A model generated the notes under the pieces. It searched no databases, was not told the origin of the DNA, and saw only the letters and a list, made by a program, of their open reading frames with translations. This document shows positions 18,622-28,414 of a stretch of 32,000 nt of DNA, in pieces (position 1 is the first letter of the stretch; the number at the start of each line of letters is the position of its first letter). This DNA is from Mycolicibacterium smegmatis. Lineage in GTDB: Bacteria; Actinomycetota; Actinomycetes; Mycobacteriales; Mycobacteriaceae. The stretch spans positions 5,910,001-5,942,000 of the forward strand of contig NZ_LN831039.1 of the NCBI RefSeq assembly GCF_001457595.1, in the 5' to 3' direction. Made by a program: the position numbers and the translations under genes.

Positions 18622-19848
18622 TCACACCACGGTCAGCGGCAGCGACCTGCGCGGCTGGAACTCGAACGACGCGCCGCCGCTGATCTTGGCGACCGCAACC
18701 TCACCGAACTCCTTTGCCGCCGTCGCGGTTTCGACTATGCGGGCGGACCAGTGCTCGTCGGTGCCGACAACCTCTACGTCGAGGTGAGGATCGACGGCGG
18801 CGACGACGGCCTGCAGCGGCCGGGTCTCGGCGGGCCCGGTCAGCGCGATCCACGCGCGGTCCTCGTGTGCCGCGGACCGCTGGACCGACACGGTGTCCGG
18901 CCCGAACTCCGCGCTCACATAGGCGGCCGGGTTGAACATCGGATGCAGCTCGAGCACGCGTACCGCGCCCTCGATGCCGCCGGGCAGATCCAGTGCGCGG
19001 TGGATCCTCTCGGCCCCGAGCCCGGCCACACCGATGAGCTGTTTGGTGCAGATCTCGGTGGCCAGCGCGGTGTCGGCGCCGGCACGCGCACCGACGGCGA
19101 GCGCGAACGACAGGTTCAGCAGGTGCATCTGCAGGCACACCTCGTCGGCGATGCGCACGAGCGCCGAGTGTGAGAACGCCGAGAAGTCCAGATCCGATAC
19201 GAGCGGGCCCGAATAGTCGGCCTGCCCCTCATCGTCGGGATCGATCGGGTCGAGTTCAAGTTGCGCGGCGCGGGTGCGGCCGATCACGTCGAGCGCCGGG
19301 ATGAAGTCGACCTCCGGGAAGGACTCGTCGATGGTGACGGTCCACGCGCAGTGCGGATGCCGGTCGGCGGGGGTGCGCGGAGGCCGGTGGATGGGCCGCA
19401 CCCGGCACCTGCGGTTGGTGGCCAGGGCCGTGGCGTCGAACGTGGGGTCCTCGATGTCGTGGCACATGCCGCGCACGTACTCGTCCCCCATGGGTTCGAC
19501 GTCGAGCAGCGCACCGCAGTGGTCGAGGTGGAATTCGCCGTGCCACCGGTCGTGGACCGTGTAGCGGAAATCCATGAACTGCGGCGGCGCACCGATGTCG
19601 AGCTGCATGCCCTTGAAGATCGTGATGACGTCGACGCCCTCGTAGCCCAGCGCGCGTTGCATGCGCTTGGTGTAGATGGGGCTCGACGCCGCCCACTCCT
19701 CGATCGCGATCTGCACCATCTCTTCGCGGCCGAAATTGCTGATGCACCAGGCCATCCCGGAACGGTCGATCATCTGGCCCATGAGCAGCAGCTCGGGGAC
19801 CAGGGTCGCCAGTTCGTCGCGCGTGAGCCGGGCGAACCTACTTGTCAT
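18622..19848 (-). CDS. Conserved hypothetical protein, Cys/His-rich central region
   Basis: 408 aa, ATG 19848. GMAWCISNFGREEMVQIAIEEWAASSPIYTKRMQRALGYEG...HGEFHLDHCGALLDVEPMGDEYVRGMCHDIEDPTFDATALATN. No confident family assignment by eye. Confidence 0.85.
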   Translation of the reverse strand: MTSRFARLTRDELATLVPELLLMGQMIDRSGMAWCISNFGREEMVQIAIEEWAASSPIYTKRMQRALGYEGVDVITIFKGMQLDIGAPPQFMDFRYTVHDRWHGEFHLDHCGALLDVEPMGDEYVRGMCHDIEDPTFDATALATNRRCRVRPIHRPPRTPADRHPHCAWTVTIDESFPEVDFIPALDVIGRTRAAQLELDPIDPDDEGQADYSGPLVSDLDFSAFSHSALVRIADEVCLQMHLLNLSFALAVGARAGADTALATEICTKQLIGVAGLGAERIHRALDLPGGIEGAVRVLELHPMFNPAAYVSAEFGPDTVSVQRSAAHEDRAWIALTGPAETRPLQAVVAAVDPHLDVEVVGTDEHWSARIVETATAAKEFGEVAVAKISGGASFEFQPRRSLPLTVV

Positions 19849-20299
19849 CGAGTTTGCTTCCCGAATGCATCTTGACCGCGGCGTTGACGTTGGCTCGCCT
19901 TTTTTCGGCCGCGTCCTCCCGTTCCCCCTTCTCCGCGGCCTTCTTCCGGTTGCGCGCGACCTTACTGACCGCGCCGTCGAGCTTGGAACCCAACGGGAAC
20001 CCGAGGTAGTGCGTCAGGAACACCGCCACCTCCTTGAGTTCGTCGACCGTGAACTCCTCGTTGTGCAGCGCGGCGTTCACCTGGATCTCGGCGAGATCGG
20101 AATTGCCGACGGCCGTGACGGATGCGAGTGTGAGCAGGCGCTTCTCACGCATCGACAGACCCTCACGGGTCCAGATGGTGCCGAACAGGTGGTCGACGGT
20201 GAGATCGAAGTACGGGTCGCCTTCGATGTTGGGCATCTCCCAGCCGTAGACCTCGTTCATCTTCTCGAGGCCCTTGCGGCGCAGTTCGTCCATCGTCAC
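19838..20299 (-). CDS. Carboxymuconolactone decarboxylase-like protein (Rv0771-like), cysteine-free
   Basis: MDELRRKGLEKMNEVYG...REGLSMREKRLLTLASVTAVGNSDLAEIQVNAALHNEEFTVDELKEVAVFLTHYLGFPLG; CMD fold pattern. ATG 20293 is an alternative start. Confidence 0.88.
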   Translation of the reverse strand: MTMDELRRKGLEKMNEVYGWEMPNIEGDPYFDLTVDHLFGTIWTREGLSMREKRLLTLASVTAVGNSDLAEIQVNAALHNEEFTVDELKEVAVFLTHYLGFPLGSKLDGAVSKVARNRKKAAEKGEREDAAEKRRANVNAAVKMHSGSKLDDK

Positions 20300-21150
20300 T
20301 CCTGCTCCTTCGAATGCGGTACACCGAGTCCGTCGGCGAGGCGTTCCAGCGCGATGTGCGCCAGCGGAAGCTCCACGCCCACCGACTCTCCCAGCCCGAG
20401 CGCGAGCGTCAGGTCCTTTTCGGCGAGCCCGCGGGTGTGGACGAACATGTCGTACAGCCAGTGGTCGGGGGTCAGCGGTTTGGTGTCGTCACGCACGATG
20501 ATCGCGCCGGGCCCGCCGCTCTGCGCATCGCTGTGCCGGACCACGCGACCGAGCTTCTGCAGGTCGATACCCGCGGCCTCGGCCAGTTTCATGGCCTCAC
20601 ACGATGCCGCGAAACCGATGAACGTCAGCATGTTCCTGGCCAGCTTCATGCGCGTGCCCGCCCCGGGTTCACCGGCCCGCACCACCAGCGACGCCCACTT
20701 CTTGAACACGGGCTTGACCGCGGCGTACGCATCGTCGTCGGCGCCCACCATCACCGCCAGCTCACCCTTGTCGGCCGCGCCCGCTCCGCCGCTGACCGGG
20801 GCATCGACGATGTGGATGCCCTTGGGCCGCAACTGCTCGGCGAGTTCGGGTGCGGTACCGGGTTCGATGGTCGAGTGGATCGCGACGACCGTTCCGGGTT
20901 TCGCGTGTTCGGCCAACTGCCCGACCACGTCGCGGACCTGCGCATCGTTGAGCACCGTGACGCTGATGACGTCGGCTGTCGCCACTGCGGCGACGCTGTC
21001 CGCGGCTTCCGCGCCCAGTTCCACCAACGGCGCCATCGCCTCGGCCCGCACGTCGAACACCGTGAGCCCGCCCGGCCAGTCGGCCAGACGTTTCGCCATC
21101 GGTGCGCCCTGGTTGCCCAGACCGATGTAGCCGAGCTTCACCCCGCTCAT
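20296..21150 (-). CDS. NAD(P)-dependent beta-hydroxyacid dehydrogenase (3-hydroxyisobutyrate dehydrogenase-like; Rv0770-like)
   Basis: MSGVKLGYIGLGNQGAPMAKRLADWPGGLTVFDVR...DAPVSGGAGAADKGELAVMVGA...KLARNMLTFIGFAASCEAMKLAEAAGID. Confidence 0.93.
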   Translation of the reverse strand: MSGVKLGYIGLGNQGAPMAKRLADWPGGLTVFDVRAEAMAPLVELGAEAADSVAAVATADVISVTVLNDAQVRDVVGQLAEHAKPGTVVAIHSTIEPGTAPELAEQLRPKGIHIVDAPVSGGAGAADKGELAVMVGADDDAYAAVKPVFKKWASLVVRAGEPGAGTRMKLARNMLTFIGFAASCEAMKLAEAAGIDLQKLGRVVRHSDAQSGGPGAIIVRDDTKPLTPDHWLYDMFVHTRGLAEKDLTLALGLGESVGVELPLAHIALERLADGLGVPHSKEQE

Positions 21151-21911
21151 GAGCGGATGACCTGGCCACCGTCGACGTTGAAGATCTGGCCGGTGATCCA
21201 CCTGGCCTGATCGCTGAGCAAGAACAGGCACATGCCCACCAGATCCTCTGGTTGCCCCATGCGCGACAACGGGATTCCCTTGACGATGTCGTCCACCATC
21301 TCTTTGGGCGTGGTGGTGCGGTTGGCCTCGGTGTCGATGGGTCCGGGTGCGATCGCGTTGATGCGGATGTTCTGCCCGCCCAGCTCACGCGACAGCTGCT
21401 GTGTGAGGCCGTTGATGCCGACCTTGGCCAGGCCGTAGAAGTTCGAGTACAGCCACGCCGCGGTCGAGGACTGGTTGACGATCGCGCCACCGCCGCGCTT
21501 GGCCATCTTGCGGTACACCGCGCGTGTGCACACCAGCGCGCCGTCGAGGTTCACGCTCATGAACTTCTTGTAGTAGTCCCAGTCGACCGTGAGCAGGAAG
21601 TCGAGTTTCATACCGCCGAAGATCGCGGCGTTGTTCACCAGGTAGTCGATACCGCCGAACTCCGAGAGCGTCTGTGCGGCCATATCCTTGGCCGAGTCGA
21701 TGTCGGAGACGTCGACACGCACCGCGAGCGCGTTGCCACCCTCACCCAAGATCGCGTCGGCGACCTTCTGCGCGCCTTCGAGGTTGATGTCGGCGACCAC
21801 CACCGCGGCGCCCTCACGTGCGAGCGCCTCGGCGTAGGCCTGGCCGATGCCACCGCCGGCGCCGGTGACGATGGCCACCTTGTCCTCGAAGTTGGTGCCG
21901 TACTGTCCCAT
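21147..21911 (-). CDS. Short-chain dehydrogenase/reductase (Rv0769-like)
   Basis: VAIVTGAGGGIGQAYAEALAREGA...NNAAIFGG...YGLAKVGINGLTQQLSREL. ATG 21911; the track ORF to 22316 is over-extended. Confidence 0.95.
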   Translation of the reverse strand: MGQYGTNFEDKVAIVTGAGGGIGQAYAEALAREGAAVVVADINLEGAQKVADAILGEGGNALAVRVDVSDIDSAKDMAAQTLSEFGGIDYLVNNAAIFGGMKLDFLLTVDWDYYKKFMSVNLDGALVCTRAVYRKMAKRGGGAIVNQSSTAAWLYSNFYGLAKVGINGLTQQLSRELGGQNIRINAIAPGPIDTEANRTTTPKEMVDDIVKGIPLSRMGQPEDLVGMCLFLLSDQARWITGQIFNVDGGQVIRS

Positions 21912-21922
21912 TGCGGTTCTCC

Positions 21923-23392
21923 TTAACCAGCCAGCGTGGCGATGAGTTTGATCTCGGTGTATTCCTCGAAGCCGGCCAGGCCCATCTCCCTGCCGACACC
22001 GGATTGCTTGTAGCCGCCGAACGGTGCGTCGGCCGAGTACCAGGTACCGCCGTTGACGTTGACGGTGCCGACGCGCATGCGCGACGCCACGGCCTGTGCG
22101 CGGGCGTCGTCGCCGCTGAACACGGTGCCGGACAAGCCGTACGGCGAATCGTTGGCGATGCGCACGGCGTCGTCGTCGCCGTCGTGGGCGATCACGGTGA
22201 GCACCGGACCGAAGATCTCCTCGCGCGCGACGCGGGCGTTGTTGTCCAGGCCCGCGATCACCGTGGGTTCGATCCAGAAGCCCTTGTCCATGTCGGCGGG
22301 ACGTCCACCGCCGCACGCGAACCGCCCGCCCTCCTTGATCGCGAGATCGAGGTAGGACTGCACGCGGTCACGCTGGCGCGCCGAGATCACCGGCCCGCAC
22401 ACCGTGCGCTTGCTGGTGGGATCGCCGGGCTTGATCGAACCCAGTGTGCCCGCGGCGATCTCGACGGCCTCGTCGTAGCGGGCGCGGGGCACCACCAGGC
22501 GCGTCGTGATCGCGCAGCCCTGCCCGGCGTGCATCGCGACGGTGAACGCCGCCATGGAGCACGCACCGGTCAGATCGGCGTCGTCGAGCACCAGGAACGC
22601 GGACTTGCCGCCGAGTTCCAAAAACACCTTCTTGATGGTCAGCGCGGCGTCGGTCATCACCGCACGGCCCGTGGCGGTGGAACCGGTGAACGAAACCATG
22701 TCCACGCGCGGGTCTTTCGACAACAGGGCGCCGACGGAGTGGTCGCTCGACGTGACGATGTTGATCACGCCGGGCGGGAAATCGGTGTGCTCGGTGATGA
22801 TCTGGCCCAGCACCGCAGCCGCCCACGGCGTGTCGGGGGCCGGTTTGAGGACCAGCGTGTTGCCCGCCGCGAGCGCCGGGCCGACCTTGGCCAGGTTGAT
22901 CTGGTGCGGGAAGTTCCACGGCGTGATGGCGCCGACGACACCGACGGCCTCGCGGGCGATGACCCGGTCGGTGGGGATGCCCTGCGGTGTCGCATGTCCG
23001 AGATCGGTGCGCCACGGATAGTTCTCGGCGGTGTCGGCCGAGAACGCGAGATCGTCGATGGGCCCCTCCAACTGGGCGCCCGAGGTGAGCATGCGCGGCG
23101 CGCCGACCTCGGCGATCGTCAGGTCCCGCAACTCCTCGACATGCTCGCGCAGCGCGTCGCGCAGCTGCCGGATGCAGCGCACGCGCAGTTCGGTGTCGGT
23201 CGACCAGTCGGTGTCGTCGAATGCGCGGCGGGCGGCCTCGATGGCATCTCCCATGTCCTCGGCCGTCGCGTCGGCGGCCACACCGAGCACCTCCTCGGTG
23301 GCCGGGTTGACGGTGTCGAACACGCCTTTCCGGCCTGCGACGAGTTTGCCGTCGATGAGCAGTTGACTCTGGCGATCGGCCAGTAGCGGCAT
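21923..23392 (-). CDS. aldA: NAD-dependent aldehyde dehydrogenase (AldA-like, Rv0768-like)
   Basis: 489 aa from ATG 23392; VGAITPWNFPHQINLAKVGPALAAGNTLVLKPAPDTP, FTGSTATGR, LELGGKSAFLVLDDAD, GQGCAITTRL, EEIFGPVL. Confidence 0.94.
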   Translation of the reverse strand: MPLLADRQSQLLIDGKLVAGRKGVFDTVNPATEEVLGVAADATAEDMGDAIEAARRAFDDTDWSTDTELRVRCIRQLRDALREHVEELRDLTIAEVGAPRMLTSGAQLEGPIDDLAFSADTAENYPWRTDLGHATPQGIPTDRVIAREAVGVVGAITPWNFPHQINLAKVGPALAAGNTLVLKPAPDTPWAAAVLGQIITEHTDFPPGVINIVTSSDHSVGALLSKDPRVDMVSFTGSTATGRAVMTDAALTIKKVFLELGGKSAFLVLDDADLTGACSMAAFTVAMHAGQGCAITTRLVVPRARYDEAVEIAAGTLGSIKPGDPTSKRTVCGPVISARQRDRVQSYLDLAIKEGGRFACGGGRPADMDKGFWIEPTVIAGLDNNARVAREEIFGPVLTVIAHDGDDDAVRIANDSPYGLSGTVFSGDDARAQAVASRMRVGTVNVNGGTWYSADAPFGGYKQSGVGREMGLAGFEEYTEIKLIATLAG

Positions 23393-23417
23393 CGCTGAAC
23401 TCCACTTCGCAATCCTG

Positions 23418-23447
23418 GACAGCTGTCTGGCTGTCTGGTTCCGAACC
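23418..23447. promoter_or_regulatory. Candidate operator: palindrome plus tandem repeats upstream of aldA-like gene
   Basis: GACAGCTGTC (23418-23427), tandem CTGTCTGG (23423-23430, 23431-23438), and GGTTC-C-GAACC (23437-23447), in the divergent aldA/tetR intergenic region. Confidence 0.4.
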
Positions 23448-23541
23448 ATAGCCCCAGCCCGAGGCAAGCCGCAAGAGTGAGCGGAGTCCACAGCGCTCTC
23501 GACGCGAAATATGGCCTTGAACTGCGGATTACGTCCCACAC

Positions 23542-23584
23542 TTGCCCGCGGCCGTCGCGCTCGGCTAACTTGGACATGTGTCCA
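23542..23584 (+). promoter_or_regulatory. Candidate leaderless promoter and operator for the tetR-cyp123-cyp51 unit
   Basis: TTGCCC (23542-23547), TAACTT (23566-23571) placing +1 near the GTG at 23578; inverted repeat TGGACA-TG-TGTCCA (23571-23584) straddles the start codon. Confidence 0.4.
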
Positions 23585-24177
23585 GCGATGCAGTGGCTGC
23601 AGTCACACCGTCCGGTGGCGAGACGCCGCGCAACCGTCGCCAGGAGGAGACCTTCCGCAAGGTGCTCACCGCGGGCATCGAGATGCTGCGGGAGTCGTCG
23701 TACGCCGACCTGACGGTGCGCGCCGTCGCGGCGCGCGCCAAGGTGGCCCCGGCCACGGCCTACACCTACTTCTCGTCCAAGAACCACCTGATCGCCGAGG
23801 TGTACCTGGACCTGGTGCGCCAGGTGCCGTACTTCACCGATGTCAACGACTCCATGAAGACGCGCGTGGACAAGGCGCTGCGGGCGTTGACCCTTGTGGT
23901 CGCCGACGAACCCGAGGTGGCGGCGGCCTGCACCACCGCACTGCTCGGCGGCGGCAGCGACGAGGCGGTCCGTGCCGTGCGCGACCGGATCGGCGCCGAG
24001 ATCCACAAGCGGATCCGCTCGGCCGTCGGCCCGGATGCGGACCCGCGCACCGTGTCGGCCCTGGAGATGACGTTCTTCGGCGCGCTGGTCAATGCCGGCA
24101 GCGGCGCCTTCACCTACCACCAGATCGCCGACCGCCTCACCTACGTGGTCGGGCTCATCCTGGGAGAGGACCGATGA
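23578..24177 (+). CDS. TetR family transcriptional regulator (Rv0767c-like)
   Basis: QEETFRKVLTAGIEMLRESSYADLTVRAVAARAKVAPATAYTYFSSKNHLIAEVYLDLVRQV. Confidence 0.93.
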   Translation: MSSDAVAAVTPSGGETPRNRRQEETFRKVLTAGIEMLRESSYADLTVRAVAARAKVAPATAYTYFSSKNHLIAEVYLDLVRQVPYFTDVNDSMKTRVDKALRALTLVVADEPEVAAACTTALLGGGSDEAVRAVRDRIGAEIHKRIRSAVGPDADPRTVSALEMTFFGALVNAGSGAFTYHQIADRLTYVVGLILGEDR

Positions 24178-25376
24178 GTTTGCCGACCGTCGAACCCGTA
24201 CTCGACCCGTACGACTACGACTTCCACGAGGATCCGTATCCGTACTACAAGCGACTTCGCGACGAGGCGCCGCTGTACCGCAACGACGAACGCAACTTCT
24301 GGGCGCTGTCGCGCCACGAGGACGTGCTCAAGGGATTCCGCAACAGCACCGCGCTGTCCAACAAGCACGGTGTGTCGCTGGATCCGGTGTCGCGCAACGA
24401 CGAGGCGCATCGCGTGATGTCGTTTCTCGCACTCGACGATCCGGCACACCTGCGGTTGCGCACGCTGGTGTCCAAGGGTTTCACGCCGCGGCGCATCCGG
24501 GAGCTGGAGGCGCGGGTCACCGAGATCGCCGTGCAGCATCTCGAAATTGCCCTGCAGTCGGACAGTTTCGACTTCGTCGACGACTTCGCGGGCAAGCTTC
24601 CGATGGACGTCATCTCCGAGCTCATGGGCGTCCCCGAAGAGGACCGCGTGCGGATCCGTGCGCTGGCCGACGGTGTCATGCACCGTGAGGACGGCGTGGC
24701 CGACGTGCCGGCCTCGGCCATCGCGGCCTCCGGTGAACTGCTCGTGTACTACGCCGACATGGTCAAGAGGCGTCGCCGCAACGTCAGCGACGACCTGACC
24801 TCGGCGCTGGTCGAGGCCGAGATCGACGGTGACAAGCTCACCGACGACGAGATCATGGCGTTCCTGTTCCTCATGGTCGTCGCCGGTAACGAGACCACCA
24901 CCAAACTCCTTGCCAATGCCGCCTATTGGGGTTTCAAGAACCCCGATCAGCTGGCGCCGGTGTTCGACGACCACAGCCAGATCCCCCTGTGGGTCGAGGA
25001 GACGCTGCGCTACGACACCTCCAGCCAGATCCTCGCGCGTGCGGTGGTGGAAGATTTGACGTTCTACGGCACGACGGTGCCCGCGGGTGACGTGCTGGTG
25101 CTGCTGGCCGGTTCGGCCAACCGTGACGAGCGGGCGTTCGACGACCCCGACGAGTACCGCATCGGCCGTGACATCGGTTCCAAGCTCGTCAGTTTCGGCA
25201 GCGGTGCCCATTTCTGCCTCGGCGCGCATCTGGCGCGTATGGAGGCCAGGGTCGCGCTGGCCGAGTTGTTCAAGCGGATCCGCGGATACGACGTGGACGA
25301 ATCCGCGTCCGTGCGGGTGCATTCCAGCAGCGTCCGCGGTTTCGCTCACCTTCCGATCACAGTGGAGAAACGCTAA
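24174..25376 (+). CDS. cyp123: Cytochrome P450 (CYP123-like)
   Basis: 400 aa from ATG 24174 (ATGA overlap): MSLPTVEPVLDPYDYDFHEDPYPYYKRLRDEAPLYRN...VVAGNETTTK...FGSGAHFCLGAHLARMEARV. Immediately upstream of SDR-cyp51. Confidence 0.92.
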   Translation: MSLPTVEPVLDPYDYDFHEDPYPYYKRLRDEAPLYRNDERNFWALSRHEDVLKGFRNSTALSNKHGVSLDPVSRNDEAHRVMSFLALDDPAHLRLRTLVSKGFTPRRIRELEARVTEIAVQHLEIALQSDSFDFVDDFAGKLPMDVISELMGVPEEDRVRIRALADGVMHREDGVADVPASAIAASGELLVYYADMVKRRRRNVSDDLTSALVEAEIDGDKLTDDEIMAFLFLMVVAGNETTTKLLANAAYWGFKNPDQLAPVFDDHSQIPLWVEETLRYDTSSQILARAVVEDLTFYGTTVPAGDVLVLLAGSANRDERAFDDPDEYRIGRDIGSKLVSFGSGAHFCLGAHLARMEARVALAELFKRIRGYDVDESASVRVHSSSVRGFAHLPITVEKR

Positions 25377-26200
25377 ATGGCCCGTTTTGAACCCCACCCT
25401 GCCCGCAGGCCAGCGATCGTGGCCGGCGCGTCCTCCGGGATCGGCGCCGCGACCGCGACCGAGTTGGCGGCCCACGGGTTCCCGGTCGCGCTCGGCGCGC
25501 GCCGGGTCGAGAAGTGCCAGGAACTCGTCGACCAGATCACCGCCCGCGGCGGTGAGGCCGTCGCACTGCCGCTCGACGTCACCGATGCCGACTCGGTGAA
25601 ATCGTTCGTCCACGCCGCGACCGAGGCGCTCGGCGACATCGAGGTGCTGATCGCCGGGGCCGGTGACACCGATTTCGGGCGCCTGCACGAGATCAGCACC
25701 GAGGAGTTCGAGCAGCAGGTGCAGATCCATCTGATCGGCGCCAATCGGATGGCCACCGCGGTGCTGCCCGGCATGGTGGAGCGCCGCCGCGGCGACGTCA
25801 TCTTCGTCGGGTCCGACGTGTCGCTGCGTCAGCGTCCCCACATGGGCGCCTACGGCGCCGCCAAGGCCGGGCTGCTCGCGATGGTGAACAACCTGCAGAT
25901 GGAGCTCGAGGGCACCGGCGTGCGCGCGTCGATCGTGCACCCGGGACCCACCCGCACGTCCATGGGCTGGAGCCTGCCCGCCGAGAAGATCGGTCCGGCG
26001 CTTGAGGATTGGGCCAAGTGGGGCCAGGCGCGTCACGACTACTTCCTGCGGGCCGCCGACCTGGCCCGGGCCATCACGTTCGTCGCCGAGACGCCGCGCG
26101 GCGGGTTCATCGCGAACCTGGAGATCCAGCCCGAGGCGCCGCTGGCCGAGGTGACCGACCGTCAGAAACTTGCCCTCGGTGAAGAAGGGATGCCGAACCA

Positions 26201-26204
<4 letters not shown>
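25377..26204 (+). CDS. Short-chain dehydrogenase/reductase (Rv0765c-like)
   Basis: PAIVAGASSGIGAATATELAAHGFPVALGARR...YGAAKAGLLAMVNNLQMELEGTGVRASIVHPGPTRT. Confidence 0.92.
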
Positions 26205-27764
<1,560 letters not shown>

Positions 27765-27775
27765 GGATCAGGACA

Positions 27776-28315
27776 ATGGCGTCACGTGAACAACTCGAAG
27801 ACTGGGTCGACCGCTGGCTCACGGCCAACCGCGAGGCCGAGAAGGCCGGTGACTGGAAACCGTTGGCGGACTTCTACACCGAGGACGCCACGTACGGCTG
27901 GAACATCGGCCCCAAAGAAGACGTCATGTGCGTCGGCCGCGACGAGATCCGCGACGTGGCCCTGGGCCTGGAGATGGAGGGCCTGGAGAACTGGGTCTAC
28001 GAATACCAGAAGGTGATCATCGACGAGAAGCAGGGCGAGATCGTCGGCTTCTGGAAGCAGATCGCCAACAAGAGCGACGGCTCACGCGCGGAGATCTACG
28101 GTATCGGCGGCAGCTGGTTCCGCCTCGACGACCAGCTGCTCATCGAGTGGCAGCGCGACTTCTTCGACTTCGGTCACGTCGCGAAGGGCTACGCGAAGCT
28201 CATCGAATCCGGCGACCTGACCCCGGCCATGCAGAAGCGCATCGAACGCTCGTTGAGCGGTGAGAAGCTGCCCGGGTACTACCCGATCGGCACCAGCCCG
28301 GTCCCGATCTGGTGA
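27776..28315 (+). CDS. Conserved SnoaL/NTF2-like protein (Rv0762c-like)
   Basis: MASREQLEDWVDRWLTANREAEKAGDWKPLADFYTEDATYGWNIGPKEDVMCVGRDEIRDVALG; NTF2-like polyketide-cyclase pattern. ATG 27761 (ATGA overlap with ferredoxin stop) is an alternative start. Confidence 0.85.
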   Translation: MASREQLEDWVDRWLTANREAEKAGDWKPLADFYTEDATYGWNIGPKEDVMCVGRDEIRDVALGLEMEGLENWVYEYQKVIIDEKQGEIVGFWKQIANKSDGSRAEIYGIGGSWFRLDDQLLIEWQRDFFDFGHVAKGYAKLIESGDLTPAMQKRIERSLSGEKLPGYYPIGTSPVPIW

Positions 28316-28414
28316 GGTGTCACCAACCGACCACCCGGTTGGGGCTATTGTGACCTGGATAACTAGGCTAGTTTCGACGCCAACCCGATCACTTCTCGGA
28401 AAGCAGGAGCTTTG

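Noticed and set aside
17550-18683. 377-aa + strand ORF overlapping P450 and TetR in another frame
   Set aside because: Arg/Gly/Pro-rich out-of-frame translation; two proper genes occupy the region.
19676-23386. Large + strand ORFs 19676..21130 and 21911..23386
   Set aside because: Antisense to the hydroxyacid dehydrogenase, CMD-like and aldehyde dehydrogenase genes, all of which have strong motifs on the minus strand.
24141-26036. 631-aa minus-strand ORF opposite CYP123-like and SDR
   Set aside because: Spans two well-supported opposite-strand genes; no recognisable domain.
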